From: an uncultured Oscillospiraceae bacterium
GTDB taxonomy: Bacteria; Bacillota; Clostridia; Oscillospirales; Oscillospiraceae
Reading direction: 5' to 3'
NCBI GenBank assembly: GCA_964624925.1
Contig: CAZUYE010000002.1
Span: forward strand, 688-64,687
DNA length: 64,000 nt
The first letter of the stretch is position 1; every line of letters starts with the position of its first letter. Under the pieces are notes generated by a model. The model was not told where the DNA came from. It did not search any database and saw only the letters and a program-made list of their open reading frames with translations. Positions 39,173 through 49,423 of this stretch are shown in pieces. The position numbers and the translations under genes were made by a program.

Positions 39173-40390
39173 ATGGGAATGAAAACCACCTTCATCTGCC
39201 CCTATTGCTTTGAAAAGCGCAAGCTGTCTGAGGTACAGTTCCGCTGCACCAACCGCCGCTGCGCCGATTTCGACGACTTGGAGATGACCCGCTACGAAAA
39301 CGGTAATCTCAAAATGCCCAAAAAGGGCAAGAAAACCTTCTCCGTGCCCGCCAAGAACGCCTTCTCCGTGCCCGCCTCCGCCAAGTGCCCGGAACCGAAC
39401 TGCGGCTGCACCACCTACAAGCGGATTTGCCCCGCCTGCCACAACGAGCTGCCCGAGAGCACCCTGGCCGGACGGGATATGATCATCTCCGTGGTGGGCT
39501 CCCGCGCCACCGGCAAGAGTCACTTCGTGGGCGTTATCATCAAGGAGCTCCGCGACCGCATCTCCGTCAGCTTCGACGGCGCCCTGGAGGGCTTTGGCGA
39601 CAGCTACCAGCGCTGGCAGGAGAGCTTTGCCAACAACCTCTATGACCGCGGGCAGAAGCTGGAGCTGACCAAAAGCAGCATGCAGAGCGTCAACAACGGT
39701 GCCTATCGCCCGCTGATTTTCAAGCTGAAGCTGCGCCACAAGGCCCTATTCAAGGAGTCCATTGACAGCTTCACCATCGTCTTCTTCGACACCGCCGGTG
39801 AGGATCTCAACGACGAGGACACCATGAGCACCGTCAACAAGTATATTTACAACTCCTCCGGCATCATCTTCCTGCTGGATCCCATGCAGATCCCGGACGT
39901 GGCCAACCAGCTGCCTGAGGAGACGGTACAGCGGGCCGCCGCCATCGACCGCCGCACAGCCGCCCAGGCCGACGACATCATGACCCGCGTATCCCGCCTG
40001 ATCCGCAAGGCCAACCACCTGTCCGAGGGCAGCAAGATCGATATCCCCGTGGCCGCCGTGTTCTCCAAGTTCGACGCCATCGAGGGCATCGTCCCCTCCG
40101 ACTGCACCGTTCACAGCCCCAGCCCCCACTGCCAGGAGCGACGCTTTGACCTGTCCGACTGGCACAATGTCAACTCCGAGATCCTGGCTCTGCTACAGGA
40201 GTGGGGAGCCGACGCCTTCATCTCCCAGCTGAAAACCAACTACAGCAATTTCTCCTACTTTGCCGTCTCCGCCCTGGGCCTGCACAACAACCCCGACAAC
40301 GCCGGACGCATTCAGCGTCCCCGGCCCCACCGCATTGAGGATCCGTTCCTGTGGCTTCTCAAGGAAAACGGCGTGATCAAGGCCAAGTGA
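39173..40390 (+). CDS. Soluble Zn-ribbon TRAFAC GTPase (DO-GTPase2-like)
   Basis: CPYC, CPACHNELP, G1 GSRATGKS, G3 DTAGE, G4 SKFD, G5 VSALG, IEDPFLWLL. Confidence 0.85.
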   Translation: MGMKTTFICPYCFEKRKLSEVQFRCTNRRCADFDDLEMTRYENGNLKMPKKGKKTFSVPAKNAFSVPASAKCPEPNCGCTTYKRICPACHNELPESTLAGRDMIISVVGSRATGKSHFVGVIIKELRDRISVSFDGALEGFGDSYQRWQESFANNLYDRGQKLELTKSSMQSVNNGAYRPLIFKLKLRHKALFKESIDSFTIVFFDTAGEDLNDEDTMSTVNKYIYNSSGIIFLLDPMQIPDVANQLPEETVQRAAAIDRRTAAQADDIMTRVSRLIRKANHLSEGSKIDIPVAAVFSKFDAIEGIVPSDCTVHSPSPHCQERRFDLSDWHNVNSEILALLQEWGADAFISQLKTNYSNFSYFAVSALGLHNNPDNAGRIQRPRPHRIEDPFLWLLKENGVIKAK

Positions 40391-40418
40391 GCCTATTTCA
40401 TCGGAAGAGGTGACAACG

Positions 40419-43040
40419 ATGCCCTTACATCAAATCATCTATACCTCCTGTATGCGGGGCATACGGGGCGTCAACGACGGCCAGCAGGTCTTCTCCTACG
40501 ACGTGGCCTTCCCGGATCCCGATAACGATGAGGTCAAGAGTCTCTTTTCCTACCAGCCGCCGCAGCTGGAACTGGGCCCCGACCAGCTCATGACGGATGA
40601 GCTGGCCCGCACATTGCCCCGCTCCTTCACCTATCGCCGGCTGGACAACGGGATGAGCACCCTGTCCCAGAATGTCTATCTGGGCCGGGACTACTCCGGC
40701 GGCGCCTCCCGCTTCGGCAACCATCTGAGCCATGTGGTGCTGGCGGAGGAGGATCTGCCCTGCTACCCCTGCGAGCTCTATGGCGGCGGGCTGCTGCGGG
40801 ATCACATGGAGTTTGCGGAGGTCAACAACCCCGACCGACCCGACTTTTTGCCCGAGCCCGAGCTGCAGCGGGGCTATGTGGTGGATCCCGACGAGGTGGA
40901 GCACTTTCTGGAATTCGGCCAACGCAAGGAGCTGTTCAAGCAGATGCTCTGCGCCGTGCTGTCCTATGAGTCCGCCCGCAAGCGGCTGGTGATCTGTGAC
41001 GAGCCGGAGAACATCCTCCTGTGGATCGCCGCCATCGAGTACGCCCTGCCTCTGCCGACGGCCCTGGACATCAACTTCACCACCTATGAGTATGACCCGG
41101 AGCTGTCCGCCTCCCAAATCTGCGGCGTGGTGCCCCGGGGCACCCACTACACGGCCCAGAGCCGTACGCAGCACTTCGTCTTCGACTTCTACGACGGGTA
41201 CTACGAGGAGCTGGAGCTGGACGGCCCCTTCTTCGACTTCCTGGACATCGTCTCCTATGACAGCCTCCGAGATTTCCACCGCTTCCTCACCGAGGGCTAC
41301 CGCTACCGCAAGGCCGACGAAGAGCTCTACGATGCCTACCGCCTGTACGATCTGCTGAGCATCGGCCTGGACGGCGTGGAGACGGGGGATCTGCGCCGGG
41401 CCCTGACCTTTGCCCAGCGATACGCCCTGCCCGGTGAGAAGCTGCGGATCTTCCGCTGCCTGCTGGAGCAAAAGGACGTGCTGCTGCACATGGAGCCCGA
41501 TAGCTTCCTGCTCCTGCTGCGCTATGTACTCTCCCTATACGATGAGCTGGCGCCGGAGCAGCGCAGCGAGGTGCACGATGTCGCCGTGGATCGGGTGCTG
41601 TATGCCTTCCTCCGCTGCGGCGGGGACAAGGAAGCCTTCACTGCCTTCTACAAGGACATGGCCGCCGCCTGCGAACAGGGCGGCTTCCGCCTGGCCTCCC
41701 AGCTGATGCAGCCCGACAGCCGCAAGAAGCTCTTTGGCGTGCTACAGGCCGACAGCGACCCCTGGCAGGTCGTCTTTATCGTCCAGGTGGTCTCCGCCTA
41801 TGTGCGCGAGCAGCGCGTGCCCCTGCGTGAGCTGGCCCCCGACACGCCGCTGGGCCAGACCTACGGCGGGCTTCTACAGGCCGTGTGCGGCCAGGGCAGC
41901 CAGAGTGCCCGCCTCCTGCTCAGCAGTATCCAGGATGCCTTTGTCGACGACTGCGACTACCTGGTTCACATGACGCTGTATCTGGAGCAGCTGCTGCCAC
42001 CCGGCAGCGAACAAGAAACAGCGGCCCTATGGTCTTATCTGGAGACACTGCTGCTGCGGCAGGGCCCGTCCTATTTCGACCGCGCCTGCGGCATACTGGC
42101 CGACGCGCAGCGCTATGAGTGCCTGAGTCATCTGTTCCTCCGAGCCCTGGCCCAGACGCACTCCGCTGACGAGGCCCAGAAGCTCTTCCGCCGCCACTGG
42201 CGGGACTTCCCCGCCATGGATGCGGCCTACGATCAACAGTATGGCGACCAGCTGCTGCGCAGCTACTTCGACCGTCTGCTGCTCTGTGACAGCAGCGATG
42301 CCTACCAGCCTAAGCGCAAGCTCTTTGATCTGCTCTTTGCCCATCGCCGGGATGTGGACATCGTGCCCGAGCTGGTGCGGGAGCTGCTGCGGCCCATCCC
42401 CTATGGAGCCCTGGAGCCGGAGGATGCGCAGCTGGTCAAAAACGCCTTCGGCTACCTCTACAACGACCTGCGCCGGGAGGTGAAGGGCAAGCTCCTGCTG
42501 CTGGTCATCGGCCTGACGCTGGAACAGTGCCGGGATACCAACCAGCTGCGGGACGCCACCGGTAAGCTGCGCCGCCTGACCCAGGAGAACCCGGCGGATC
42601 TCACCCCGCTGACGGAGCGGGGCGTGCAGGACTACTTCGACTGGCTGCTGCCCGGTGCCTGCGCGCTGTGTCAGCATACCGGCGACCTGGCCGACCTGTA
42701 CGAGCTGTTTGCCATGCCCCAGGGCATCGCCGTCATCTTCTTCGCCTCCTGCGCCCGCTGCTTCCTCAAGCAGAGCCGCAGCGACCGGGACTACGACGGC
42801 TTCTGCCAGTTCCTGGGTCTGGCCTTCGACCGGGGCACGCCCCGGATCCGTCAGGAGCTGGGCGCGGTGCTCCGCAAGCTCAGCAAGCAGCGCCTGACCG
42901 ACCTGGATGCCGCGGTGCGGGTCATGTATCAGCATGACCGCCTGGCCCTGCGGGACTGGGACGAGATCCTGCAAACAGCCCAGGCCGCCACCCCCATTCT
43001 CAGCGGCCTGTCCAGCCTGTTCAAGCGAAAAAAAGACTGA
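40419..43040 (+). CDS. GAP1-N2-like GTPase-associated protein with long helical C-terminus
   Basis: N-terminal QIIYTSC..G...GQQV, YLGRDY..RFGNHLSH, WIAAI..LP..A..INFTTY; adjacent to GTPase. Start 40410 or 40419. Confidence 0.7.
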   Translation: MPLHQIIYTSCMRGIRGVNDGQQVFSYDVAFPDPDNDEVKSLFSYQPPQLELGPDQLMTDELARTLPRSFTYRRLDNGMSTLSQNVYLGRDYSGGASRFGNHLSHVVLAEEDLPCYPCELYGGGLLRDHMEFAEVNNPDRPDFLPEPELQRGYVVDPDEVEHFLEFGQRKELFKQMLCAVLSYESARKRLVICDEPENILLWIAAIEYALPLPTALDINFTTYEYDPELSASQICGVVPRGTHYTAQSRTQHFVFDFYDGYYEELELDGPFFDFLDIVSYDSLRDFHRFLTEGYRYRKADEELYDAYRLYDLLSIGLDGVETGDLRRALTFAQRYALPGEKLRIFRCLLEQKDVLLHMEPDSFLLLLRYVLSLYDELAPEQRSEVHDVAVDRVLYAFLRCGGDKEAFTAFYKDMAAACEQGGFRLASQLMQPDSRKKLFGVLQADSDPWQVVFIVQVVSAYVREQRVPLRELAPDTPLGQTYGGLLQAVCGQGSQSARLLLSSIQDAFVDDCDYLVHMTLYLEQLLPPGSEQETAALWSYLETLLLRQGPSYFDRACGILADAQRYECLSHLFLRALAQTHSADEAQKLFRRHWRDFPAMDAAYDQQYGDQLLRSYFDRLLLCDSSDAYQPKRKLFDLLFAHRRDVDIVPELVRELLRPIPYGALEPEDAQLVKNAFGYLYNDLRREVKGKLLLLVIGLTLEQCRDTNQLRDATGKLRRLTQENPADLTPLTERGVQDYFDWLLPGACALCQHTGDLADLYELFAMPQGIAVIFFASCARCFLKQSRSDRDYDGFCQFLGLAFDRGTPRIRQELGAVLRKLSKQRLTDLDAAVRVMYQHDRLALRDWDEILQTAQAATPILSGLSSLFKRKKD

Positions 43041-43094
43041 TTTACCCATCTGTACCTCAAAACCATTTGAATAAAAAGAAAAGGAGATATCATT

Positions 43095-43265
43095 ATGCCT
43101 AATTCCTGGGAACTGACCGACGAGCAGCGCGAGGAGATCAATCGCCGCAACAAGGAGATCGGCGCGGAGTACAACCCCGAGACCGGCAAAAAATGGAACA
43201 ACACGGAGAACACCGGTGACGGCGAAACCACGGACTCCCGCGAGGAAAAAGAGCGCGTCCGCTGA
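43095..43265 (+). CDS. 56-aa hydrophilic peptide (not in ORF track)
   Basis: RBS AAGGAG; MPNSWELTDEQREEINRRNKEIGAEYNPETGKKWNNTENTGDGETTDSREEKERVR; fills operon gap. Confidence 0.75.
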   Translation: MPNSWELTDEQREEINRRNKEIGAEYNPETGKKWNNTENTGDGETTDSREEKERVR

Positions 43266-43290
43266 ATTAACATGAAAGGAGAGCGGTGCT

Positions 43291-46200
43291 ATGAGCTATG
43301 AGCAAAAGACCGGCGAACTGATGACCCGTGCCACCCAGATCATGAGCAGCGGCATGGAGCTGGTGGATCTGTTTGTCAACAAGAACTACCTCATCGACCT
43401 GGACAAGTGCCAGCCGGTGCCCATGGAGCCCGGCCAGCGTTCTTTTTCCTATATGTCCCTGTATGAGATCAGCAAGATTGTCTATGACAGGGACGAAAAT
43501 ATCAATGACAAGCTGGTCAGCGTATACAGCGCCCTCTCCAACTTTGGCAGCACGGCGCTGCTGGTGCTGTTCAGCGACGCAAACGGGGTGAAGTTCTATC
43601 TAGGCACCCGGGACACCCGCCAGCCCAATGTGGCCCGGGAGATCCTGAAAAAGAGCCTGCGGGGCAACTTCCCCGGCATCGAGATCAAGGAGCAGGTCTC
43701 CAGCCATGTGGCCCGCCTGCTGGAGGGCCACATCCCCGATGTCTACTCCAACCGGGCCGTCTCCGCCGTGTCCATCGTGCCCAGCCCCCGTGACGACGAC
43801 AAGGCACATTTTGTCCAGGGCCTGGAGAAGTTCATTGACTCCATGTCCGGCGAGAGCTACACGGCGGTGTTTGTCTCCTCCCCCCTCAGCAAGTCCGAGC
43901 TGGAGGCCAAAAAGCGGGGCTATGAGGAGCTCTACTCCGCCCTGTCCCAGTGCGCCCAAGTGAACCTGACCTACAGTGAAAACGACAGCGAGGCCATCGC
44001 CCGGGGCATCAGCGACAGTTTCTCCACCGCCATCAACGAGGGCATCAGCGACACCACTGGCACCAACACCAGCACCGGCAGCTCCGACTCCCGCTCCCGC
44101 AACCACGGCAGCAGCTTCGGCCTGTTCGGCATGGGGCACAGCTCCGGCAGCGGCCGCGCCAAAACCACCACCAGCAACTCCGGCAGCTCCAGCAGCCATG
44201 CCACCACCCGTTCCGAGTCGGAGACCAAGGGGAAAACCACCTCCGACACCACCACGACCACCAACGGCACCACCTCCACCATCGCCCTGACCCGGCAGAA
44301 CAAAACCGTACAGGCCCTGCTGGGCCGCATCGACGAGCAGCTGGAGCGGATCAAGAACTGCGAGTCCTATGGTCTGTGGGACAGCGCCTGCTACTTCATC
44401 GCCGAGAGCCAGGAGACCGCCCTGGTGGCGGCCAACACCTTCAAGGCCATCGTGGCCGGCGAGAAGACCTCCGTGGAGAACTCCTTCATCAACCTCTGGG
44501 ACAACGAGTATGAACACGCCGACAACAGTCTCATGGTCATGGACTATCTGCGCTACGGGCAGCACCCCCGCTTCCGCTATCTGCCAGCCGCTGGCAGCAG
44601 CGGCTATACCGAGCAGATCGTCACCCCCGCCAGCCTCATCAGCGGTCTGGAGCTGCCCGTTCTGATGGGCCTGCCCCACAAGTCCGTCAGCGGTGTCACC
44701 TCCGTCTCCTCTGCAGAATTCGGACGCAATGTCTTTTCCAAGGTCAGCGCCCGGAGTTACCGGAACATCGACCTGGGCGCCATTTACCACATGGGCGAGG
44801 TGTTCGGGGGCAGCCGCGTCCGCCTGGATCTAGAGAGCCTGTCCGCCCACTGCTTCATCACCGGCTCCACCGGCTCTGGCAAGTCCAACACCACCTACAA
44901 GATCATCGAGGAACTGGTGGCCGAGAAGAACGGCGTGAAGTTCCTGGTCATCGAGCCCGCCAAGGGCGAATATAAGCTGGCCTTCGGCGGTATGCCCGGC
45001 GTGAACATCTTCACCACCAACCCCAAGTATTACAATATGCTCAGCATCAACCCCTTTGCCTTCCACGAGGAGGTACACGTGCTGGAGCACCTGGATCGCC
45101 TCATCGAGATCTTCAGCGCCTGCTGGCCCCTGTACGCGGCCATGCCCGCCCTGCTGAAGGCCTCCTTTGAACAGGCTTACATCCGCCACGGCTGGGATCT
45201 GAACCACTCCATCCACATCGATCGCGGCAACGGCAAGTTTCCCTCCTTCCGGGATGTGGTGGAGATCCTCCCGGAACTGCTGAACAAGTCCGAGTTCTCC
45301 GCCGAGACCCGGGGCGACTACATCGGCTCCCTGGTCACCCGGGTGGAGTCCCTGACCAACGGCCTTCTGGGCCAGATCTTCACCGGCGCCGCCGTGGAGG
45401 ATACCGTTCTCTTTGACGAGAACACCATCGTCGACCTCAGCCGCATCGGCTCTGCGGAGACCAAGGCGCTGCTGATGGGCGTGCTGGTGCTCAAGCTCAG
45501 CGAATACCGCCAGAGCACCGCCACCGGCACCAACAGTCTGCTCAAGCACGTCACCATCCTGGAGGAGGCCCACAATCTGCTCAAGTGCACCTCCGTCGAG
45601 CAGGGCCAGGAGTCCTCCAACGTCCAGGGCAAATCCGTGGAGATGATCGGCAACTCCATTGCGGAAATGCGCAGCTATGGCGAGGGCTTCATCATCGTAG
45701 ATCAATCCCCCTCCGCCGTGGATATCTCTGCCATCAAGAACACCAATACCAAGATCGTCATGCGCCTGCCCGAGTCCGGCGACCGGGAGGCCGTTGGCCA
45801 GGCCATCGGCCTCAGCGAGGAGCAGATCCTGGAGCTGAGCCGCCTGGATATGGGCGTGGCGGCGGTGTATCAGAACAACTGGCTGGAGGCCGTTCTCACC
45901 AAGATCGACAAGAGCAGCGACCACTACGCCGTCAAGTCCGTCCCGGTCAACGACCGCCAGGAGCAGCTGTGTCTGCTGGGCGAGCTGCTGGGCGAGCTGG
46001 TGTCGCAGCAGGACAGCAGCGACTTCAATATGTCCTGGTTCAACTCCATCCTCAACCGCTCCCGCGTGCCGGAGTATCTGAAGACCCGCTACCGCCGCTA
46101 CCTCCTGGACTACCAGGCCCAGTGCCGCGGCAAGCAGAAGAACCGGGCCTTCTCGACCCTGGTGTGGCAGCTGCTGAACTGCGGCGATGTGTTCCGTATG

Positions 46201-46428
46201 TTCGAGGACAAGCTGCCACCGGTTGCCCGGAAGAAGACGGATATCAACCAGGACTATCGCCGCCGATGCAACGAGTGGGCCGATCTTGTGTATGACCAAC
46301 TGCCCCTCTACGCCGACTTTTACGACAAGAAGACCCGCGACACGGTTTTTATGAGCCTTCTGCTTCACAAGATCGACACAGAGGCCCACAACACGCAGTA
46401 CAAGCTGGTGCTGTACTGCATCGGATAA
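43291..46428 (+). CDS. HerA/FtsK/VirB4-superfamily ATPase (DUF87-like) with large N-terminal domain
   Basis: HCFITGSTGSGKS, VIEPAKGEY, Walker B ILEEAH, EMRSYG, IIVDQSP, TKIVMRL; S/T-rich insert. Confidence 0.87.
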   Translation: MSYEQKTGELMTRATQIMSSGMELVDLFVNKNYLIDLDKCQPVPMEPGQRSFSYMSLYEISKIVYDRDENINDKLVSVYSALSNFGSTALLVLFSDANGVKFYLGTRDTRQPNVAREILKKSLRGNFPGIEIKEQVSSHVARLLEGHIPDVYSNRAVSAVSIVPSPRDDDKAHFVQGLEKFIDSMSGESYTAVFVSSPLSKSELEAKKRGYEELYSALSQCAQVNLTYSENDSEAIARGISDSFSTAINEGISDTTGTNTSTGSSDSRSRNHGSSFGLFGMGHSSGSGRAKTTTSNSGSSSSHATTRSESETKGKTTSDTTTTTNGTTSTIALTRQNKTVQALLGRIDEQLERIKNCESYGLWDSACYFIAESQETALVAANTFKAIVAGEKTSVENSFINLWDNEYEHADNSLMVMDYLRYGQHPRFRYLPAAGSSGYTEQIVTPASLISGLELPVLMGLPHKSVSGVTSVSSAEFGRNVFSKVSARSYRNIDLGAIYHMGEVFGGSRVRLDLESLSAHCFITGSTGSGKSNTTYKIIEELVAEKNGVKFLVIEPAKGEYKLAFGGMPGVNIFTTNPKYYNMLSINPFAFHEEVHVLEHLDRLIEIFSACWPLYAAMPALLKASFEQAYIRHGWDLNHSIHIDRGNGKFPSFRDVVEILPELLNKSEFSAETRGDYIGSLVTRVESLTNGLLGQIFTGAAVEDTVLFDENTIVDLSRIGSAETKALLMGVLVLKLSEYRQSTATGTNSLLKHVTILEEAHNLLKCTSVEQGQESSNVQGKSVEMIGNSIAEMRSYGEGFIIVDQSPSAVDISAIKNTNTKIVMRLPESGDREAVGQAIGLSEEQILELSRLDMGVAAVYQNNWLEAVLTKIDKSSDHYAVKSVPVNDRQEQLCLLGELLGELVSQQDSSDFNMSWFNSILNRSRVPEYLKTRYRRYLLDYQAQCRGKQKNRAFSTLVWQLLNCGDVFRMFEDKLPPVARKKTDINQDYRRRCNEWADLVYDQLPLYADFYDKKTRDTVFMSLLLHKIDTEAHNTQYKLVLYCIG

Positions 46429-46439
46429 GGAGAATCCAT

Positions 46440-46673
46440 ATGTCACAGTATCAGGACAGCCGCCAGGGAGGCACGGATCCGGAGCTCATGGCTGAGCTGG
46501 ACGGCAAGTACCGCCAGTACCGGGAGGGTGACGAACCCTCCGACCGCCAGAGGCAGTTGGATGAGCTGTACGCCCTGCGCGCCGAGCTTCTGCAGCACAA
46601 GGGGGGACAGGAGAGCGACGACGAGGATCCCGCACCGCCAGAGAAGACCCTGGTTCTGCGTCGCCACAGGTGA
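46440..46673 (+). CDS. 77-aa acidic peptide with basic C-tail
   Basis: RBS AAGGAG; shares motif with the toxin N-terminus. Confidence 0.75.
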   Translation: MSQYQDSRQGGTDPELMAELDGKYRQYREGDEPSDRQRQLDELYALRAELLQHKGGQESDDEDPAPPEKTLVLRRHR

Positions 46674-46679
46674 CCGCCC

Positions 46680-47705
46680 ATGCTTACCATTGCCTATCAG
46701 CAGCTGAACCCGGCGGAGAAGACGCTCTATGAGCGCTTCAGCGCCGCCTTCCATCGCCATGCCACCAGCATCGACGCCGGCGGCGTTGGCCGGAATGTGG
46801 ATGCCATGAAGGTGCTGCTGGCCGTCTTGGGGGATGAGCCCGCCGTCACCTACTTCGACCGCACCCAGCTGCGCCGCAGTGCATCTCTTTTGGGCGGACT
46901 GCAGCTCCATCTCATCGGGGCCCTCTCCCCCGCCCGGGCCCGCCAGAAGGACGCAGAGCTAGAGGCCGCCCGGGTTCGCGCCCTGGAGGAGATCGGGCTG
47001 CTGAACCCCATCACCGGCTACGATAAGCTCATCTGTATCTATGAGTACCTCCAGGATCACGTCCGCTATGACCAACAGGAGCTGGAGGCCTGCTGCCGCC
47101 TGGGCCGCAGCCCCAACCCCGACGCGCACAATGCTTATGGCTCCCTGGTCAAGGGCTCCGGCGTGTGCGACGGCATCGCCTCTGCTTTCTGTCTGCTGGC
47201 CCAGTCCATGGGCTTTCCCTGCACCGTGGTCGGCGGCGAGGCCACCTTCCTGTCCACCGGCTTTTCCGAGCACTCCTGGAACGTGCTGCAGATCGGCCCT
47301 CGCTTTTACCATGTAGATGCCACCTGGGATGTCAACCGCAAAGCCACCAGCGGCGAATACGCCTATGACTACTTCTGCGTCAGTGACGACACCGTGAGTC
47401 ACGACCACCAGTGGCCGCTGCAGGCCGTCCCGGCCTGCACCCACGAGGACGCATCGTTTTACCGGAAGAGCGGCTGCTTTGCCAACAACCTCACCCAGCT
47501 GGAGGAAATCTTCACCCGCTATGCCAAGAGCCGCCAAACCGTAATACGGGCCCGGCTGGCCGAGGGCATCGCCATTCCGGCCCCGGAGGAGCAGCACCTG
47601 GCCTCCCGCCTGCAGCGTGCAGCATCTGCCGCAGGCCGCCACGGCTCCTTCCGCTTCAGCTGGAACCCCCGCACCCGCTGCTTTTTTGCCAAATTTGAAT
47701 CATAG
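46680..47705 (+). CDS. Transglutaminase-like (papain-fold) protein
   Basis: Triad GVCDGIA / HSWN / HVDATWD; no signal peptide. Confidence 0.88.
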   Translation: MLTIAYQQLNPAEKTLYERFSAAFHRHATSIDAGGVGRNVDAMKVLLAVLGDEPAVTYFDRTQLRRSASLLGGLQLHLIGALSPARARQKDAELEAARVRALEEIGLLNPITGYDKLICIYEYLQDHVRYDQQELEACCRLGRSPNPDAHNAYGSLVKGSGVCDGIASAFCLLAQSMGFPCTVVGGEATFLSTGFSEHSWNVLQIGPRFYHVDATWDVNRKATSGEYAYDYFCVSDDTVSHDHQWPLQAVPACTHEDASFYRKSGCFANNLTQLEEIFTRYAKSRQTVIRARLAEGIAIPAPEEQHLASRLQRAASAAGRHGSFRFSWNPRTRCFFAKFES

Positions 47706-47716
47706 GAAGAGAGAAG

Positions 47717-49204
47717 ATGAAACAAGACAAGACCCAGCCGGCGAAAAAGAGTTACTTTTTCGGCCCCGGCTTCCAGGACATCGGCGCGGCCATCAAAACC
47801 TCCTGGCAGCGCAACGCCCAGAGCGCCCGGCGCTACTATGAGCGCTACGGCGAAAAAGGCCTCATGAGCTTCCAAGGCGTATATTACCTGTTCTGCGCCC
47901 TGTCGGTGGTGACCTTCGGCACCATCTTCTTTGCCGCTATCAGCGCCGTGATGCTGACGGTGGTGTCCGTGTTCTTCATCGCGGTCTACCTGGGCTTCAG
48001 CGCCGTCTGGCTCTTTGACCGGGCCTATCTCACCCGCCACAAGATCTTCACCGCCTGCGGTGAGTGCAAAAGCAAGTTCCTCATCCCCACCTATCTCTGT
48101 CCCAACTGCGGCACCCGGCACTCCAACTTGACCCCCGGGGCCTACGGTATCCTGCACCGCACCTGCAACTGCGGGCAGAAGCTGCCCGCTACCTTCTTCG
48201 GCGGCCGCCGCAAGCTCCGGGCCATCTGCCCCCGCTGCTTCGAGGCGGGCCGGGCCACCTTCCTCAACGACCGGGAGAGCCGCCCCCTCTGCATCCCCGT
48301 AGTGGGTGGTCGCTCCGTGGGAAAAACAGCCTACATCACCGCCTTTTCCAAGCGCTTTGTGGAGTTCGTCGCGCCCCAGAATGGTCTGGAGGTCGAGTTT
48401 TACGACCGCGCCAAGGAGACCATGTATGCCGAGATCAAGTCGGACTATGCCCGGGGCAGCACCCGCATGACCGCCCGCTCCATGGATCTCACCCGGCCCA
48501 GCTCCATCTCCTTCAGCTTCTTCGTCAAGCACAAGTCCCTGAAGCCCGAGCGCCTGGTGCACATCTATGACATCGCCGGCGAAGTGTTCACCGACAGCAG
48601 CGAAAACGAGGTGCAGCAGCAGTATGAATACTGCCAGGGCATCATCTTCATTCTGGATCCCTTTGCCATCCCCACCGTCCGCGCCCGCTATGGCCACCTC
48701 CTGAACGCCGTGGACGCGGCCAGCATCGGCAAGGCAGACATCAACGGCGTCATCGACGTGTTCATCAACAAGCTCCGGGAGGTTACCGGCCTGACGGATC
48801 AGAAGATGTATCAGGTGCCTATCGCCGTGGTCATCGGCAAGACCGACTCCGCCGGTCTGCGGGAGCTGTTTTCCGACGAGCAGGTGGAGGAGCTGATGTA
48901 CCGCTTCCCCCGGGGAAAGATCTCCCGCAGCGACGCGCTGGACTATCTCTGCCGCCGTTTCCTCATCGATAACGACATGGAGAGCGTGGTCAATGCCATC
49001 ACTCTCCGCTTCAAAACCAACCGCTTCTTCGCGGCCAGTGCCATCGGCCACAGCCGCGATGCCGGGCCCTATAACCCCACGGGGGTACTGGAGCCGGTGG
49101 AGTGGATCTGCACCCAGGCCGACCCCCAGCTGGCGGCCCTGTGGGTCAAGGGGCAGTACGGCAAAAAGCCCCTGACGGAGATTCCCGCGGAAAGAGAGGG
49201 TTAA
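47717..49204 (+). CDS. Second membrane-anchored Zn-ribbon GTPase (paralog of 29688)
   Basis: QPAKKSYFF, 2 TM, GGRSVGKT, DIAGE, GKTD, ASAIGH. Confidence 0.88.
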   Translation: MKQDKTQPAKKSYFFGPGFQDIGAAIKTSWQRNAQSARRYYERYGEKGLMSFQGVYYLFCALSVVTFGTIFFAAISAVMLTVVSVFFIAVYLGFSAVWLFDRAYLTRHKIFTACGECKSKFLIPTYLCPNCGTRHSNLTPGAYGILHRTCNCGQKLPATFFGGRRKLRAICPRCFEAGRATFLNDRESRPLCIPVVGGRSVGKTAYITAFSKRFVEFVAPQNGLEVEFYDRAKETMYAEIKSDYARGSTRMTARSMDLTRPSSISFSFFVKHKSLKPERLVHIYDIAGEVFTDSSENEVQQQYEYCQGIIFILDPFAIPTVRARYGHLLNAVDAASIGKADINGVIDVFINKLREVTGLTDQKMYQVPIAVVIGKTDSAGLRELFSDEQVEELMYRFPRGKISRSDALDYLCRRFLIDNDMESVVNAITLRFKTNRFFAASAIGHSRDAGPYNPTGVLEPVEWICTQADPQLAALWVKGQYGKKPLTEIPAEREG

Positions 49205-49207
49205 GCC

Positions 49208-49423
49208 ATGTTTGAGATTCTTTTCTATATTGTTCTGATTATCATCATCGCCGGTCTCATCATGGTGGGTACCAACATCCTCTATGACCTGGCTGCCGCC
49301 GTGCTCCCCTTTGCCGCCGTGCTGCTGATCGTGGTAGGGCTGGTGGTGGGTCTGGTGGAGGCCGTGCGCAACACCTTCTCCGCCTATAAGGACGTGTACG
49401 GGAAGGGAGGAAAGACGAAATGA
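49208..49423 (+). CDS. Small 2-TM membrane protein (71 aa)
   Basis: Hydrophobic hairpin plus amphipathic basic tail; stop overlaps next gene. Confidence 0.75.
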   Translation: MFEILFYIVLIIIIAGLIMVGTNILYDLAAAVLPFAAVLLIVVGLVVGLVEAVRNTFSAYKDVYGKGGKTK

